This document shows, one piece after another, positions 24,697 through 35,399 of a stretch of 64,000 bases of DNA. The notes under the pieces were generated by a model. It searched no databases and had not been told where the DNA came from. It saw only the letters and a program-made list of their open reading frames with translations. The DNA comes from Flaccisagitta enflata (lineage: Eukaryota), in NCBI GenBank assembly GCA_965153355.1, contig OZ231126.1:20708001-20772000 (forward strand). Reading direction: 5' to 3'. The position numbers and the translations under genes were made by a program. Positions within the stretch are counted from its first letter, which is position 1; each line of letters starts with the position of its first letter.

Positions 24697-26120
24697 CTAG
24701 ACTCCTTCTTTTGGAGAAGTGAGAGCAGGCGGGCATCCAGGGTGGCATCATCCTCGCTGTCGTTGCTGTATTCATCGGCAGTTTGGATGGCATTGTAATT
24801 GCGATCACCGCGATTTCTATCGCGACCTTGGTTGCGATTGCGATCGTAGTTGCGACCACCGTAATTGCGGTCATCGCTTGGAGTCCTTGGGGTTGGGGAC
24901 CTTCCTCTGCCGGAGTAGCGATCATCGCGTTGGCGACCATTGCTGTAGTCCCTACGGTTGTCCCTGCCGCTCCGATTTTGCTCGTCTCGGTCACGACGGG
25001 AATTGCGATCACGGTTGGGATCTTGGTCACGGCGTGGGGCTTCGCGACGATAATCTCTGTCACGGCTGAAGCTCGGCTCTCGACGAGACTCTTGATCACG
25101 GCGGTAATCTCTGTCGCGACCATAGCTTTGGTCACGGCGGTTGCCGTTGCGATCCCGGTTGTATTGGCGGTCTCTGCTGGGGCTTCCTGAGCTATCGCGG
25201 TAGCGGTCCCTTGAGTACCGGTTATAACCATCACCGGTTGAGCGGCCACGGTCGTCGGAAGATTTTCCTTGCATGGACATATTTCTCACTTCTGTACCAA
25301 GTTGTGCAATAGCGAGTTCGAGGCCGCCGATGCGGTCGTCGGCCATGGCTAGGCCAGTGAAGGCAACTTGTTTGGGCTCCTTTATTGGTTCCTTGTCTCT
25401 CTGGGTCATTTTCACTCTTGAGGCAAGTTCCATGGCGTTTTCAATGGTGCGATCTTGCTTCGTCAGGCTCAAGTCAATGTAGTCCTGATAGGGGGTTTCA
25501 GGGAGAGACTCCCTAAACCTGAAGAAGTACGCCCATTTCTTGCCGTTGTCGTCGAGCTCTTTTTCGTAGTTGTCGACCGCACGTTTGACACGAGTTGCCA
25601 AGGCCTGGAAACTTTCCTTTCCATCCCAGACAATTTGGGTCTTCATGGCCTTCCATTTGTAGACCTCGTTGGGGTCAACAAGGCGGTCCTTGAGCTGAGC
25701 TTTGGTTTGGTCGTAAGTGAGAGTCGATGGGATTTGTTTGTAGACAGCTCGAGCTTCTGAGTCAAGCTTGATGGGGAGCCAGCTTTTGCATAGTTGCCAC
25801 TTCCTATCATCAGAGGAAGGGTTCATTGCCAGTTTGACAGCGTTTTCGAAGATCTCGAACCACTCGTCTAAGTCATCTACTCCTGAGCGGAAAGAGTCCA
25901 CTGGGATGGAGCTTGCTCTCTCGTTCGTTACCGCCATGGTCGCGGCAAGGGCAGCGGCAGTTGCGGCGTTGGCAGCTGCAGCGGCGTCTCCCTGGTTGGC
26001 GTTTTGGTGGTTGTTGGCGTTGTCGTTGCCAACCATGGGGATTGGATTGTGGGGAGGTTGAGCACCCAGCTGGATCGCGTTTGGGACGGAGGGAATTGTT
26101 GGGGGAAGAGGCGGGGGCAT
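24663..26120 (-). CDS. gag: Gag, 485 aa (capsid-like core, R/D/S-rich basic C-terminus, no CCHC knuckle)
   Basis: Long ORF immediately upstream of pol. Helical capsid-like region includes an MHR-like ESFQALATRVKRAV. It ends at the slippery site. Confidence 0.9.
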   Translation of the reverse strand: MPPPLPPTIPSVPNAIQLGAQPPHNPIPMVGNDNANNHQNANQGDAAAAANAATAAALAATMAVTNERASSIPVDSFRSGVDDLDEWFEIFENAVKLAMNPSSDDRKWQLCKSWLPIKLDSEARAVYKQIPSTLTYDQTKAQLKDRLVDPNEVYKWKAMKTQIVWDGKESFQALATRVKRAVDNYEKELDDNGKKWAYFFRFRESLPETPYQDYIDLSLTKQDRTIENAMELASRVKMTQRDKEPIKEPKQVAFTGLAMADDRIGGLELAIAQLGTEVRNMSMQGKSSDDRGRSTGDGYNRYSRDRYRDSSGSPSRDRQYNRDRNGNRRDQSYGRDRDYRRDQESRREPSFSRDRDYRREAPRRDQDPNRDRNSRRDRDEQNRSGRDNRRDYSNGRQRDDRYSGRGRSPTPRTPSDDRNYGGRNYDRNRNQGRDRNRGDRNYNAIQTADEYSNDSEDDATLDARLLSLLQKKESRLARQGRNPEN

Positions 26121-26225
26121 TGGACAGAGTGCAACTCTATCTTAGTTGGATAATGGAGGTGTTGATGACAAGGTGTTTAAGGCGAAGGAGGAGAGATGGA
26201 CAGCGCTGGGTATGATTATGGGTTG

Positions 26226-26516
26226 TTATTGTGGCGCGGCAAACCCAGCAAGGAGCAAGGACCTCAGCGGAAGAAAGTCAGTTTCGATGATGTAATCGTT
26301 TTCGCTAAGCAAAGTGGAGTTGGAGTCGAATGCGTATTTGAGAGCGGCCAACTCGCGCTTGAGATTAGACCAAGTGCTTTGGGCTGGGGTGAGTAACTTG
26401 TGGCCGCTGTTGACGATTTGTTCCTCCCCGTTGACGATTCTCAAGATGTTGAATCCTATGGCAGCGGGTGACGAGTAGAGGCGAACGATGTATTCGGGGG
26501 GGTTAGCTTCAGCCAT
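26226..26516 (-). CDS. Accessory ORF-B, 96 aa: stand-alone RNase H-like protein, probably catalytically dead
   Basis: From ATG 26516, YIVRLYSSPAAIGFNILRIVNGEEQIVNSGHKLLTPAQSTWSNLKRELAALKYAF...IETDFLPL aligns without gaps to Pol RNase H FIIKSDASLTAIGYVLTQKVDGKEKVISYGSKKLSRPQQNWSTYDREYFALLCAV...AITDHRPL. Confidence 0.85.
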   Translation of the reverse strand: MAEANPPEYIVRLYSSPAAIGFNILRIVNGEEQIVNSGHKLLTPAQSTWSNLKRELAALKYAFDSNSTLLSENDYIIETDFLPLRSLLLAGFAAPQ

Positions 26517-26629
26517 TTTGAGGCGAGTTATTAGAAATGAAGGGGAGTTGGATTCAATGACAATAAAGGACGAGGAGGCCACAATAGAAAATTACAGCAA
26601 AACAAGGCGAAGAGGAACTGTACACCGAT

Positions 26630-27310
26630 TTACACTTGTTGCGATGTTGGCAACGCGAAGGCGAAGATCCTGTTGAAGACTGCCTGGGCGGTTCCCTCCA
26701 CAAAGATGCGAAACTGCGACCTTGCCGGTGCTTCAAACACGTAGTCCCAGGCTTGGAGAACCAACTCCTCGGAGTCGAACAATGGGGTGCTTGTCAGCTT
26801 CTGGACAAAGGCAAGCCACAGCTGATCCGCGTTACCGTTTGGGTTGTCTTCTTTCACGACCAGGATGGCGCAAAAGATGAGTCGGCTGGTGCGTTCGACG
26901 TGGTCACGGCGTCTTGAGGAGTATCTTCCGTGATGGCTGGGGGCCCACAGGGAATTGGGAGTGGCACTGGGACTAGGCGAAGCCTGATCCCTGGGAAGCC
27001 AGTTCCTGTATTCGGCTCTTGGCCTTCTTGGAGGTGAAGGGGAGGCGAGAGAGACAGCGTTTCGGAACCGGTTAGTCCACTCGTCAAAGTCGTCACGCGA
27101 GAGGGGTCTCGAATTGTTGAGAAGACTGGCGACCAGAGGGCTGTGTTCTGCTCCCTGATGGTGGGCCTCAAAACGATATTGCGGGTGTGCAGCTGGGGAT
27201 CTTCGGAATCTGCGACTTGGGCTTGCTGAAGCACGGTTTGGAGCGGAGTTGGATTCAGGAGATGAGGATCTTCGTTGGGATCTTCGGTGTCTTCGATAAG
27301 GAGGGTCCAT
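26630..27310 (-). CDS. Accessory ORF-A, 226 aa: R/S/P-rich N-terminus, Gag-capsid-like segment and helical C-terminus
   Basis: ATG-initiated ORF inside the element. DDFDEWTNRFRNAVSLA...YRNWLP aligns with the element's own Gag DDLDEWFEIFENAVKLA...CKSWLP. Confidence 0.75.
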   Translation of the reverse strand: MDPPYRRHRRSQRRSSSPESNSAPNRASASPSRRFRRSPAAHPQYRFEAHHQGAEHSPLVASLLNNSRPLSRDDFDEWTNRFRNAVSLASPSPPRRPRAEYRNWLPRDQASPSPSATPNSLWAPSHHGRYSSRRRDHVERTSRLIFCAILVVKEDNPNGNADQLWLAFVQKLTSTPLFDSEELVLQAWDYVFEAPARSQFRIFVEGTAQAVFNRIFAFALPTSQQV

Positions 27311-28088
27311 CTAGTCAGATAGACACCAGCTAGGAGGCTAATGTTTCTTATCGTAAAGTTGAGTTGAGCGGTCTCTGTGGCTTAAGTGCCGGGATAAATG
27401 ATACGGATACGGATAAATGATACGATTAAGGGTGATTGGTAAAGGGGCTCTCACTTTGGCGAATAGCATCGGTTATTGAAGAGATAGATTTGCGTAGGAA
27501 CTCCAACCTATGGCAAAACCCAGCGCACGCCTTGAACACGGGTCCGTGAGCAGGTCCAAGGAATGACCACTACATGAGAAGTGCGTCCAGGCTTTGTTCT
27601 CTACTGGAAGTAAAAACGCGTACCTGATCAGGATTTTAGCCAATCAAACTCCGTCAACATTCACAGACTTGTTGAGCGGGGCTTGCGCGAACTGCCACGA
27701 AGAGGGGTTGCCTCATACGCTTGTTAAGGATCCCAAGCGGAAGTCGAAACCGAGCCGGCGCTTGCGGAAGGACTGTTGGACGAATCTAACCAGTATACCC
27801 AGCTTAAAAACGGACTGCGAAAGATCCACAATCCCTATACCACACACTAAGCGCTGAACTCGTCCAAGACAGCAGTTTCGGTTCCACCAGAGACCAGGAA
27901 ATTAGTGAAAGGGGGGAAGAAATCCGTCGTCTTGGCAGCCAGATCTGCAACCAGGATGGCCTATTCAAGGCAGAAAGGCTGTTGCATGAGAAATTACAAT
28001 TCCAGAGGAGTTCCTCAGAAACAAGAGAAGCAAAGGATATGAGAGCCACCTGAGAGAACTGGTAGATCTCTGGAACGGTTCTAAAAAT

Positions 28089-28100
28089 GCCGATGCACCA
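28089..28100 (-). promoter_or_regulatory. Primer-binding site, tRNA-Gly(GCC)
   Basis: Minus strand TGGTGCATCGGC, 2 nt after the 5' LTR. It is complementary to the ...GCCGATGCA-CCA 3' end of invertebrate tRNA-Gly(GCC), recalled from memory. Confidence 0.85.
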
Positions 28101-28102
28101 GT

Positions 28103-28507
28103 TGTAAGAGCCTATATCTTGCGGGCCTTACCTTCTTCCACGTAGGCTTGAACCCGATCGCTTGATTGAGTTCCTTTGTAACTAATTAACTATCGAATGT
28201 TAATTGATATTTGTCTTCTTAGATTGCTTGGTTCTCTGCTATGATCTAGGCAAAGAAATACAAAGTGGAAGGTAGTTAACGCGGGACGAAAAAGGGCCTC
28301 TGTGCCAGATAGCCAGTTCTAGAGTCTTAGTTAAGTATCCAGGCAAATAAGCCACAGGGGGCAAACGTAAGGGCTACAAAACTAAATGGTACCAAAACAT
28401 ATCAGACACGAACAGTAAGGCATTTAAATTAAAGCAATGGCACATTGAAAATAGTTTTCATAGTCAGGATTCACAGTTCTGCATATTGCACAAAATCGTC
28501 GCTCATA
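28103..28507 (-). repeat. 5' LTR
   Basis: Plus-strand TGTAAGAGCC...CGCTCATA. Matches 13829-14233 except one A/G at position 7. PBS abuts it. Confidence 0.96.
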
Positions 28508-30790
28508 GTGGTCTCATTGATTTATGTGCTCATGGTGGATTCCCATTGACAAAATTTCTCTTAACTCTGGTGCCATTCTAAATTCCTTTTCAGAAGATTT
28601 CCTTGTTGAGGGTTTCCGAGCGGATCCTGCCCTTTGACGTCTGTGTTTGAGGTCATGCATGACCCAGTGGAAGATACTTTTTGCATCAAGTCTGCCTCAA
28701 ATGGTGGGGGTCCATGGAGTTCTGCTAGTGGTAATGGGAATCTTCGGTCCTCTCGGCCAAGTGTCCCCTTACACGCTGTTGGGAAAGAGGATGAATCAAG
28801 TGTTGTGCGTCCCCAAGTTTGGCTGGGACCCGCCGTTGCCACCTGAAATTGATACATGGGTGGACAAGAGATCCCAAGCTATGTAGCAATTTCAGTTTTT
28901 GCCTATTGTTTATTTATTTTGGTTTGACCTACCATAGGTGAGCCATTAACCTATTCACACTTACTGATGCCTCGATCATCAGCTACAGTGCTGTATCTCT
29001 CTTTGTCATTGAGGTCAGAAGCCTACTCATCTGGGCTGCAGCCAGGTCACGTGTCTCGCCAAACAAGGAGGTCAATGTTACATCAATTAGTCCATTCCTT
29101 GATTGGAATTGCAAGCCACTATCACTGGCGTGGAACTGTCAATGCAGATCAAGGAAACATTGATGTCCAGAGCTCCCAGGAATACTTCTTCACGGATTCC
29201 ACAACAGTCCACTTTTGGATCCAAGGCAAGGATGGAAAGCATCCAGTGTTTGTTGCCATCCATCTCAACCAAATTCAGCTGACACATCCAGATGCTCCAC
29301 TGATGCAGTGGCAGTGGGTACCCAGCAGATATTGTTTCCCAAGATGCTATGCCTGATAACTCCAAGGCTGGAAGTTGTTCCATGAAGGTCCGCACTTCAT
29401 GGCCTGCCTTAAAGATGAGTGGACTTGGCTCTTGGCGCCAATGAAGCCACGGCAGGGACATCCAACGCTGCAGATGCTCATGTTCAGGAAAGTAGCCTTG
29501 CAGTTCTCATTGATCACGCACATTGTCAGTTCCATTCTCAAGTTTGCAGGCTGCTCCCTCAATTTTGTCCCTCCCTAGCGTGTCAGAGATGCAAGATGCT
29601 TAAGATCTCCTCATTTGAGACTACCAATGTCACTTCTAAGCAAAGATCATGGTCTACGCGAAAGGGACAGTGGAGAGAAGGATCAAGCAAGTCCTCAACA
29701 GGTCAGATTTGTCTTTCCGCCAGTTATGTCCATTTGTAGATGACAAGGAATTTCTTCTTGTTGGTGGAAGGCTGGATCTTTGCTGAGAGGCATTCGAAGT
29801 ATCTTGTTCATTGATTTTGCCTTATGATGATCCTTACATTAATCATCTTATCAAATTGAATCAAAAGGAGTATGCCGCAGCCTCTATGCTACACCATCAG
29901 TTTTGGATTATCAAGGGTCGCCAAGCCATCAAGAAGGTTCTTTGGCAATGCCTTTCATGTCATCCTCACCACCATTAGCTGGAGCAACAACAGATTGCGC
30001 CTTTCTCGTCTTATTGCCTTAATGTTGCGCCACCCTTCAGGGACACCAGAATCAACCTATTTGGACCTGTTCCAATTAAGTCTGGATGTCATGGGAGGAA
30101 CGTGTGGGTGGTGTTTTTCTGTTGCATGCAAGTCAGAGCAGACTACCTTGAAGTACCTAAAACATTCATCGAAACTCTACACCGTTTCCACTTTTTTACC
30201 CATGTGTCTCCACAGTAATCGAGGAATAAATTTTGCTGGTGCCAACAATATGCTGCAGTTAATGCTTGCCCAGTGGGAGAATGCCCCTGAGTCTGTTCTA
30301 TTTCCTCGGCCAGCGGGCATCAAGTGGTTCTTTATCCCACCTTATGTGCCGCATCAAGGAGGAAGCTAGGAGTGGTGAAGGAGACCATTGGGGGTATCTC
30401 CACCTCCGGTCTACCTTCTGGTACAAACAGTTCTACATTGTCTTTCAATTTGTCGCAAAAATCGTCAGCAGTCGCTTATTGATGCATTTCTCCTCTGACC
30501 CTCAAGATCACCATCCACTGATGCCAGTGCATTTCCTCAACAATGATGTCTCATCTAATTGTTTTGGCTGACACATTCCCATTTGTGCCACTCTCTGGAA
30601 CGGAGCTGCGTCGTTCAAAGGACGTTTTTTGTCCAATCCTCAATTCATTCTGGAACCAGTGGACCACAGAGTATGTCGCAAATCTCCAGATGAGGTCCAA
30701 GTGGATCTACTGCCATCGCAACACTGCCAAAGGTGATATTGTCCTCCATGTTAAAATGTTTTTGACCAGGGTATCATACTGGTAATTGGA
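28508..30790 (+). pseudogene. Decayed BEL/Pao pol (RT end, RNase H, integrase, C-terminal domain)
   Basis: GLIDLCAHGGFPLTKF, YFFTDSTTVHFWI...FVAIHLNQIQ...WQWVP, HSNRGINFAGA, GIKWFFIPPYVPHQGG and FWNQWTTEYVANLQMRSKW are all BEL-typical motifs. Many stops and frameshifts. Confidence 0.88.
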
Positions 30791-31408
30791 AGCTTTCTTG
30801 TATTCACAATCGCATTTGTCATTAGTTGAAAGGCTCAGCCAGGTGCTACTCAATTCTTGCGTAGAATATCAAAAAAGTAGTTATGCCTTATAAGGCTTGC
30901 CAATATATGTATCAGCATGATAGTAGTTCTCGTTGTTGTGGTAGTTGGTATTAAGCATTATGTTCCCTACTTGACCCATTCAGACAAATTGTTAAGCCTG
31001 AGAGAATAATGGACTTTTTTCAATTGCGTAATGGACATTTGTTTGGTGTAGATGGATTAATTAACCCTGCAAGTGAGCAATAGATGGTGGCTAATTGGTG
31101 TTCAAGTGGAGCTTGGGAGTAGAATTTGATGTATTGGTTGGTGTGCGTGGATTTGTGAGAGCACCATTTGGTTTCTGTTGGATGTTGCTGTCAATGCTAT
31201 ACTGATCAAATTTGCATCAGCAGCACTAAAAAGCACAGCAAACATGGCCTATTTTTAGCGGAATAAGTTAAAACTTGGTGTGTAGTCTCAAAATGAAGTA
31301 AGGGGCTGAAGCTTGGTTGTAGATGCAAGCATGCAATTTTGGTTATCAATGTGAGTTATCCAGGCCAGTTGGTCAATTGGCTGCAATATTTAAAAGAAAT
31401 TATGGGAA

Positions 31409-31822
31409 TCACTTAATGAATCCAAAAGATAATTTTGTATCTTTGAATGAATTACCGCTGCAGTTCTTTGCCATCATGAGGAACTTAGCCCTTGGGGAAT
31501 CACGTGGGATCAGGTCCAGAGTAACGACTTTCACCCAAGGCACAGTTTCACGAACCCACCGGGCAAATTCCTGCATCATTTCTTGAAGTTGCAGCAAGGT
31601 CATGGTGATAGATTTCGAGCCATCTTCATGTTTCACTTCAACATCATTTCCTCCAATTACTGTTACTATCTTCTCGAGTCTGTCCAGTAATCCGTCTTCC
31701 TTCTTCATCAGAATGATGGACTTGGCATGACCAATTCTGCCAGCTGGGACGGAGGAAACCGATCCTTCATGCAATTCATCCATGATAGAGCGAAGATGAC
31801 TGGCACCTGGCAAAATGATCAT
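31409..31822 (-). pseudogene. SGNH/GDSL hydrolase-like fragment
   Basis: Block I-like GASHLR, block II VPAGRI, block III IGGNDV and LIPR. No C-terminal DxxH before the stop. Confidence 0.6.
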
Positions 31823-32080
31823 AAAATGCAGGATCTATGATCATATGCCTCCTTAGGCCTTAAATCAATTACATTCCATATCAAAACATATCAATAAATT
31901 TCATTTTTAGTCGCGTGCTACGCGACTCTATAAGCCACTTTTTGGTCCGTTGGTCCGTCACAATGTATGTCACAAAGTATGTCACAAAGTTGTTTTAAAG
32001 GCTTTTTATCGCATTTTTATGCCTCTTAATAGTGAAAAGAAACTTTGATGATTGAACAGTCGTTTGTCAAGTGTTTTTGA

Positions 32081-33360
32081 AAAAATCTTGAAAGAGAATG
32101 GGTCCGCGACTGGGGTCAATCAGCGTTGTCAAACGGTGTTGAAATACGGCGTTGTAAAACGGCGTTGTAATACGGCGTTGTAATACGGCGTTGTAATACA
32201 GCGTTGTAAAACAGCGTTGTAAAACGGTGTTGTAAAACAGCATTATAAGGCGTTTGTAAAACGGCGTTTGTAAACCGGTCGTAGCAAGTTTTAATCAAAT
32301 TGGTGGAAAACTACCGAAATAATGCAACTTTTTTAATTTTAAGAAGGTAGGGTGGTTGAGTAATAAACTGGTTTTGCCGGTTAGCATGCTAAAATCGTGT
32401 TAAATCACTTACAAACATCGAGTTATTTCATTTTGAATCTATATACCAAGTTTTGACCAAATTGGTTGAAAATGATGAAGTTTTGCACAAATATCACTTT
32501 TAGGGTGGTAGGCTGGCCGGCTGGTAGGCCAGTTAGCATGACAAAATCTTTATAAATCAAATTCATATGTTGAGTCCTTCCATTTAGGGACTACATACCA
32601 AGTTTCAACCAAATTGGTTGAAAAATGCCGAAGTTATGCACGTTTTTCACTTTTAGGCTGGAAGGCTAGTTGGGTGGTAGGCTGGTTTGGCTGGTTAGCA
32701 TGCTAAAATCTTTACAATTCAAATACATATATTGAGTCTTTCCATTTTGAGACTTCATACCAAGTTTCAACCAAATTGGTTGAAAAATACCCAAGTTATG
32801 CACATTTTTCACTTTTAGGCTGGTAGGCTAATTGGGTGGTAGGCTGGTTTGGCTGGTTAGCATGCTAAAATCTTTACAATTCAAATACATATGTTGAGTC
32901 CTTCCATTTAAAGACTACATACCAAGTTTTAACAAAATCAGTTGAGAAATAAAAAAGTTATGCACGTTTTTCACTTTTAGGCTGGTAGGCTGGTTGGGTG
33001 GTAGGCCGATATGGCCAGTTAAAAAGCTAAAATCTGTACAATTCAAATACATATGTTGAGTCCTTCCATTTAGAGACTACATACCAAGTTTCAACCAAAT
33101 TGGTTGAAAAGTACGGAAGTTATGCACGTTTTTCACTTTTAGGCTGGTAGGCTGGTTGGGCCGGTTGGGTGGGTCGGATTATAATATACGCATAGGATGT
33201 AAAGCGGCTTACTCTGGTTCAACTTCCCTCCAAATATGAAGCAAATTGGTCAAGGCATTCAAAAGTTAGCCCATTTTTAAAAGTGTGGACAACAACGACA
33301 ACACCCACCCGCCTCGAATTATAGTCCGCGTCGGAATGGTATTCCGTCGCGGACAAAAAA
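32081..33360 (+). mobile_element. Helentron/DINE-1-like non-autonomous element with internal 14-bp and about 140-bp tandem repeats
   Basis: 5' GTCCGCGAC is inverted to 3' GTCGCGGAC. 3' hairpin GTCCGCGTCGGAAT-GGT-ATTCCGTCGCGGAC. Internal tandem units. Confidence 0.6.
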
Positions 33361-35170
33361 AATTGTTTGTCGTCTGTCTCCCTGGCATTTTTTAAAAGTG
33401 CCGATGCATGCGATTTAGGTCTAATGACCTTGTTTATCTTTAAATGGATGTTCAAACTTAAAGGATTGAATTTGCTTAAGGTAGATTGACTTACCAATGT
33501 ACCAGCACTTCTTGCTTTGCCATCGCTCACAGACAAATCTCGGATTCATTCCTTCTTCATCTCGGATACGATATCGTTTGAACGAGTAGTAAGCCATGGT
33601 AAAAGTTTAACTCAATAACGATAAACTAGGATATAAAGGATATGATATATGTCCAAAATATTGATGAATTTCAACAACAGAGCTCTGTTGTAATACTAGT
33701 AAATCTTAAATAGTCTAAAATCATGAATCATATAGAGGCTAACAAAAGTTATTGAATAAAGAACAGTACAGCTTTTGACTATGATTGGAAAAAGACGCAA
33801 TTGGAAAAATAAGCATAGAAAATACTTTAAAAAACAAAGATAAAATAAAAGAAATATGTACAACTTTTCCCCCACAGCAATAGTATCATTAAAACAAAAT
33901 CTTTAAAATTTCAAATTATCAAAAAATTCATGCATTTTATTGATGTAAAAATACACAGTATCCTCCATTAACAAAGTGTTTTTTTTTATTGGTTTTCTGT
34001 TTTTTCAAAAATATAAAAATATATATATATACATTCATATAAATCATTATATGGAACAACTCTGAAAAAATATTTACTATGTTTTCATACATCTAAGATT
34101 GGGAAACAGTTCTTGGAGGGTGTCTGCTGGTTATCACATACCCATTTCTCTATTTGCTCTCATCCTCCCACTTGTTCGTTACCTCTGTGCGATAGAGTGC
34201 TGGTTCGAACAAAAGGCTGACCTTTAAGAGCGTAAACTAAAATGTGATGTTCAAGGCCTGTTCCTATGAAACACGATTACGTTATTGGAAGTAGTGCTTA
34301 GATTCTGGTACCTCCTAGATCATGACTTGCGAATAGTGTCGTGAGCCTAAATGTTGTTCATCAATATCTGTATAGTTGACATGCTATCTGAAAGCCGAAG
34401 CAAACTAGATACAGACCTAACTAGCTAGATATAGTTTAATCCATAGTTTAATCCACACTTGACCAAAAAGCATTCTGAATTGGCCAGAGATTTCTTGCCT
34501 CTGTCACACTCGCAAGACTTATCAACTGCAGACATAAGTATCCTACAGTGTGTATTACACTGCACCAATTTTCCATATGGCTATGCAATACCAAAATTCT
34601 TTCAATCACGAGGAAATTTTGTTATTAAAAGTAGGTTCGTCATTCTCCTTGCCCCCTCCCTTGGTAAATCTTTTTCTGTGTCTGCTTGTTGGCTTCTCTT
34701 AAGTCCCCAATCCCACCATGTCTGTCTTACTCCGCGCATGCCCATCCCCTGCTCTATAGATTCTACCCTCTCACTGCCATTTCAAGGATATACAGTGTTT
34801 TTGCTTTTTTGTTTGGCTCTTCAAATCCGTTTGAGTGAGTTTTAACTGTATGTAACATCCATTTTTTTTTGTTTACCCTGCAGCCTGGTAACTTTTGAAG
34901 AAAAGTGTGTTGCACATATCGATATCGCGAAAGAGGAGCTAGTGTTAAACGCATGCACGCATTCCGATAGGCAGAATATTGGTGAAGGTTTGCGGTCAAG
35001 GGGGGGGAGGAGGAAGGGGGAAAGCGGCGGGAAAAAGATGGCGGTGGAGCTGGAAGAGATGGGACAACATGCGGAATCCTCGTTAGTAAATCATCGAATC
35101 TCAATCTTACTTCAAATTTCCATTGTATGCTCACTCCTCAGATTTGTCCATGACGTCCATGTGTGCTACC

Positions 35171-35249
<79 letters not shown>

Positions 35250-35298
35250 GAACAAGAGAGTCCGAGAGACTGACAGATAGAAAATAATCAGACAAACA

Positions 35299-35399
<101 letters not shown>

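Larger units (their letters stand above)
13829..28507 (-). mobile_element. Full-length Ty3/gypsy LTR retrotransposon (14,679 bp) with three accessory ORFs
   Basis: Two 405-bp direct repeats (13829-14233, 28103-28507). GTGG flanks both ends (13825-13828, 28508-28511). PBS and PPT are in the correct positions. gag and pol are uninterrupted with PR-RT-RH-IN order. Confidence 0.97.

Noticed and set aside
24575-25249. 224-aa ORF overlapping the gag 3' end, and the antisense ORFs over gag, pol and ORF3
   Set aside because: These are shadow frames of repetitive or GC-rich coding sequence with no recognisable motifs.
34459-35134. Short ORFs of 112-128 aa
   Set aside because: No recognisable homology or consistent exon structure.
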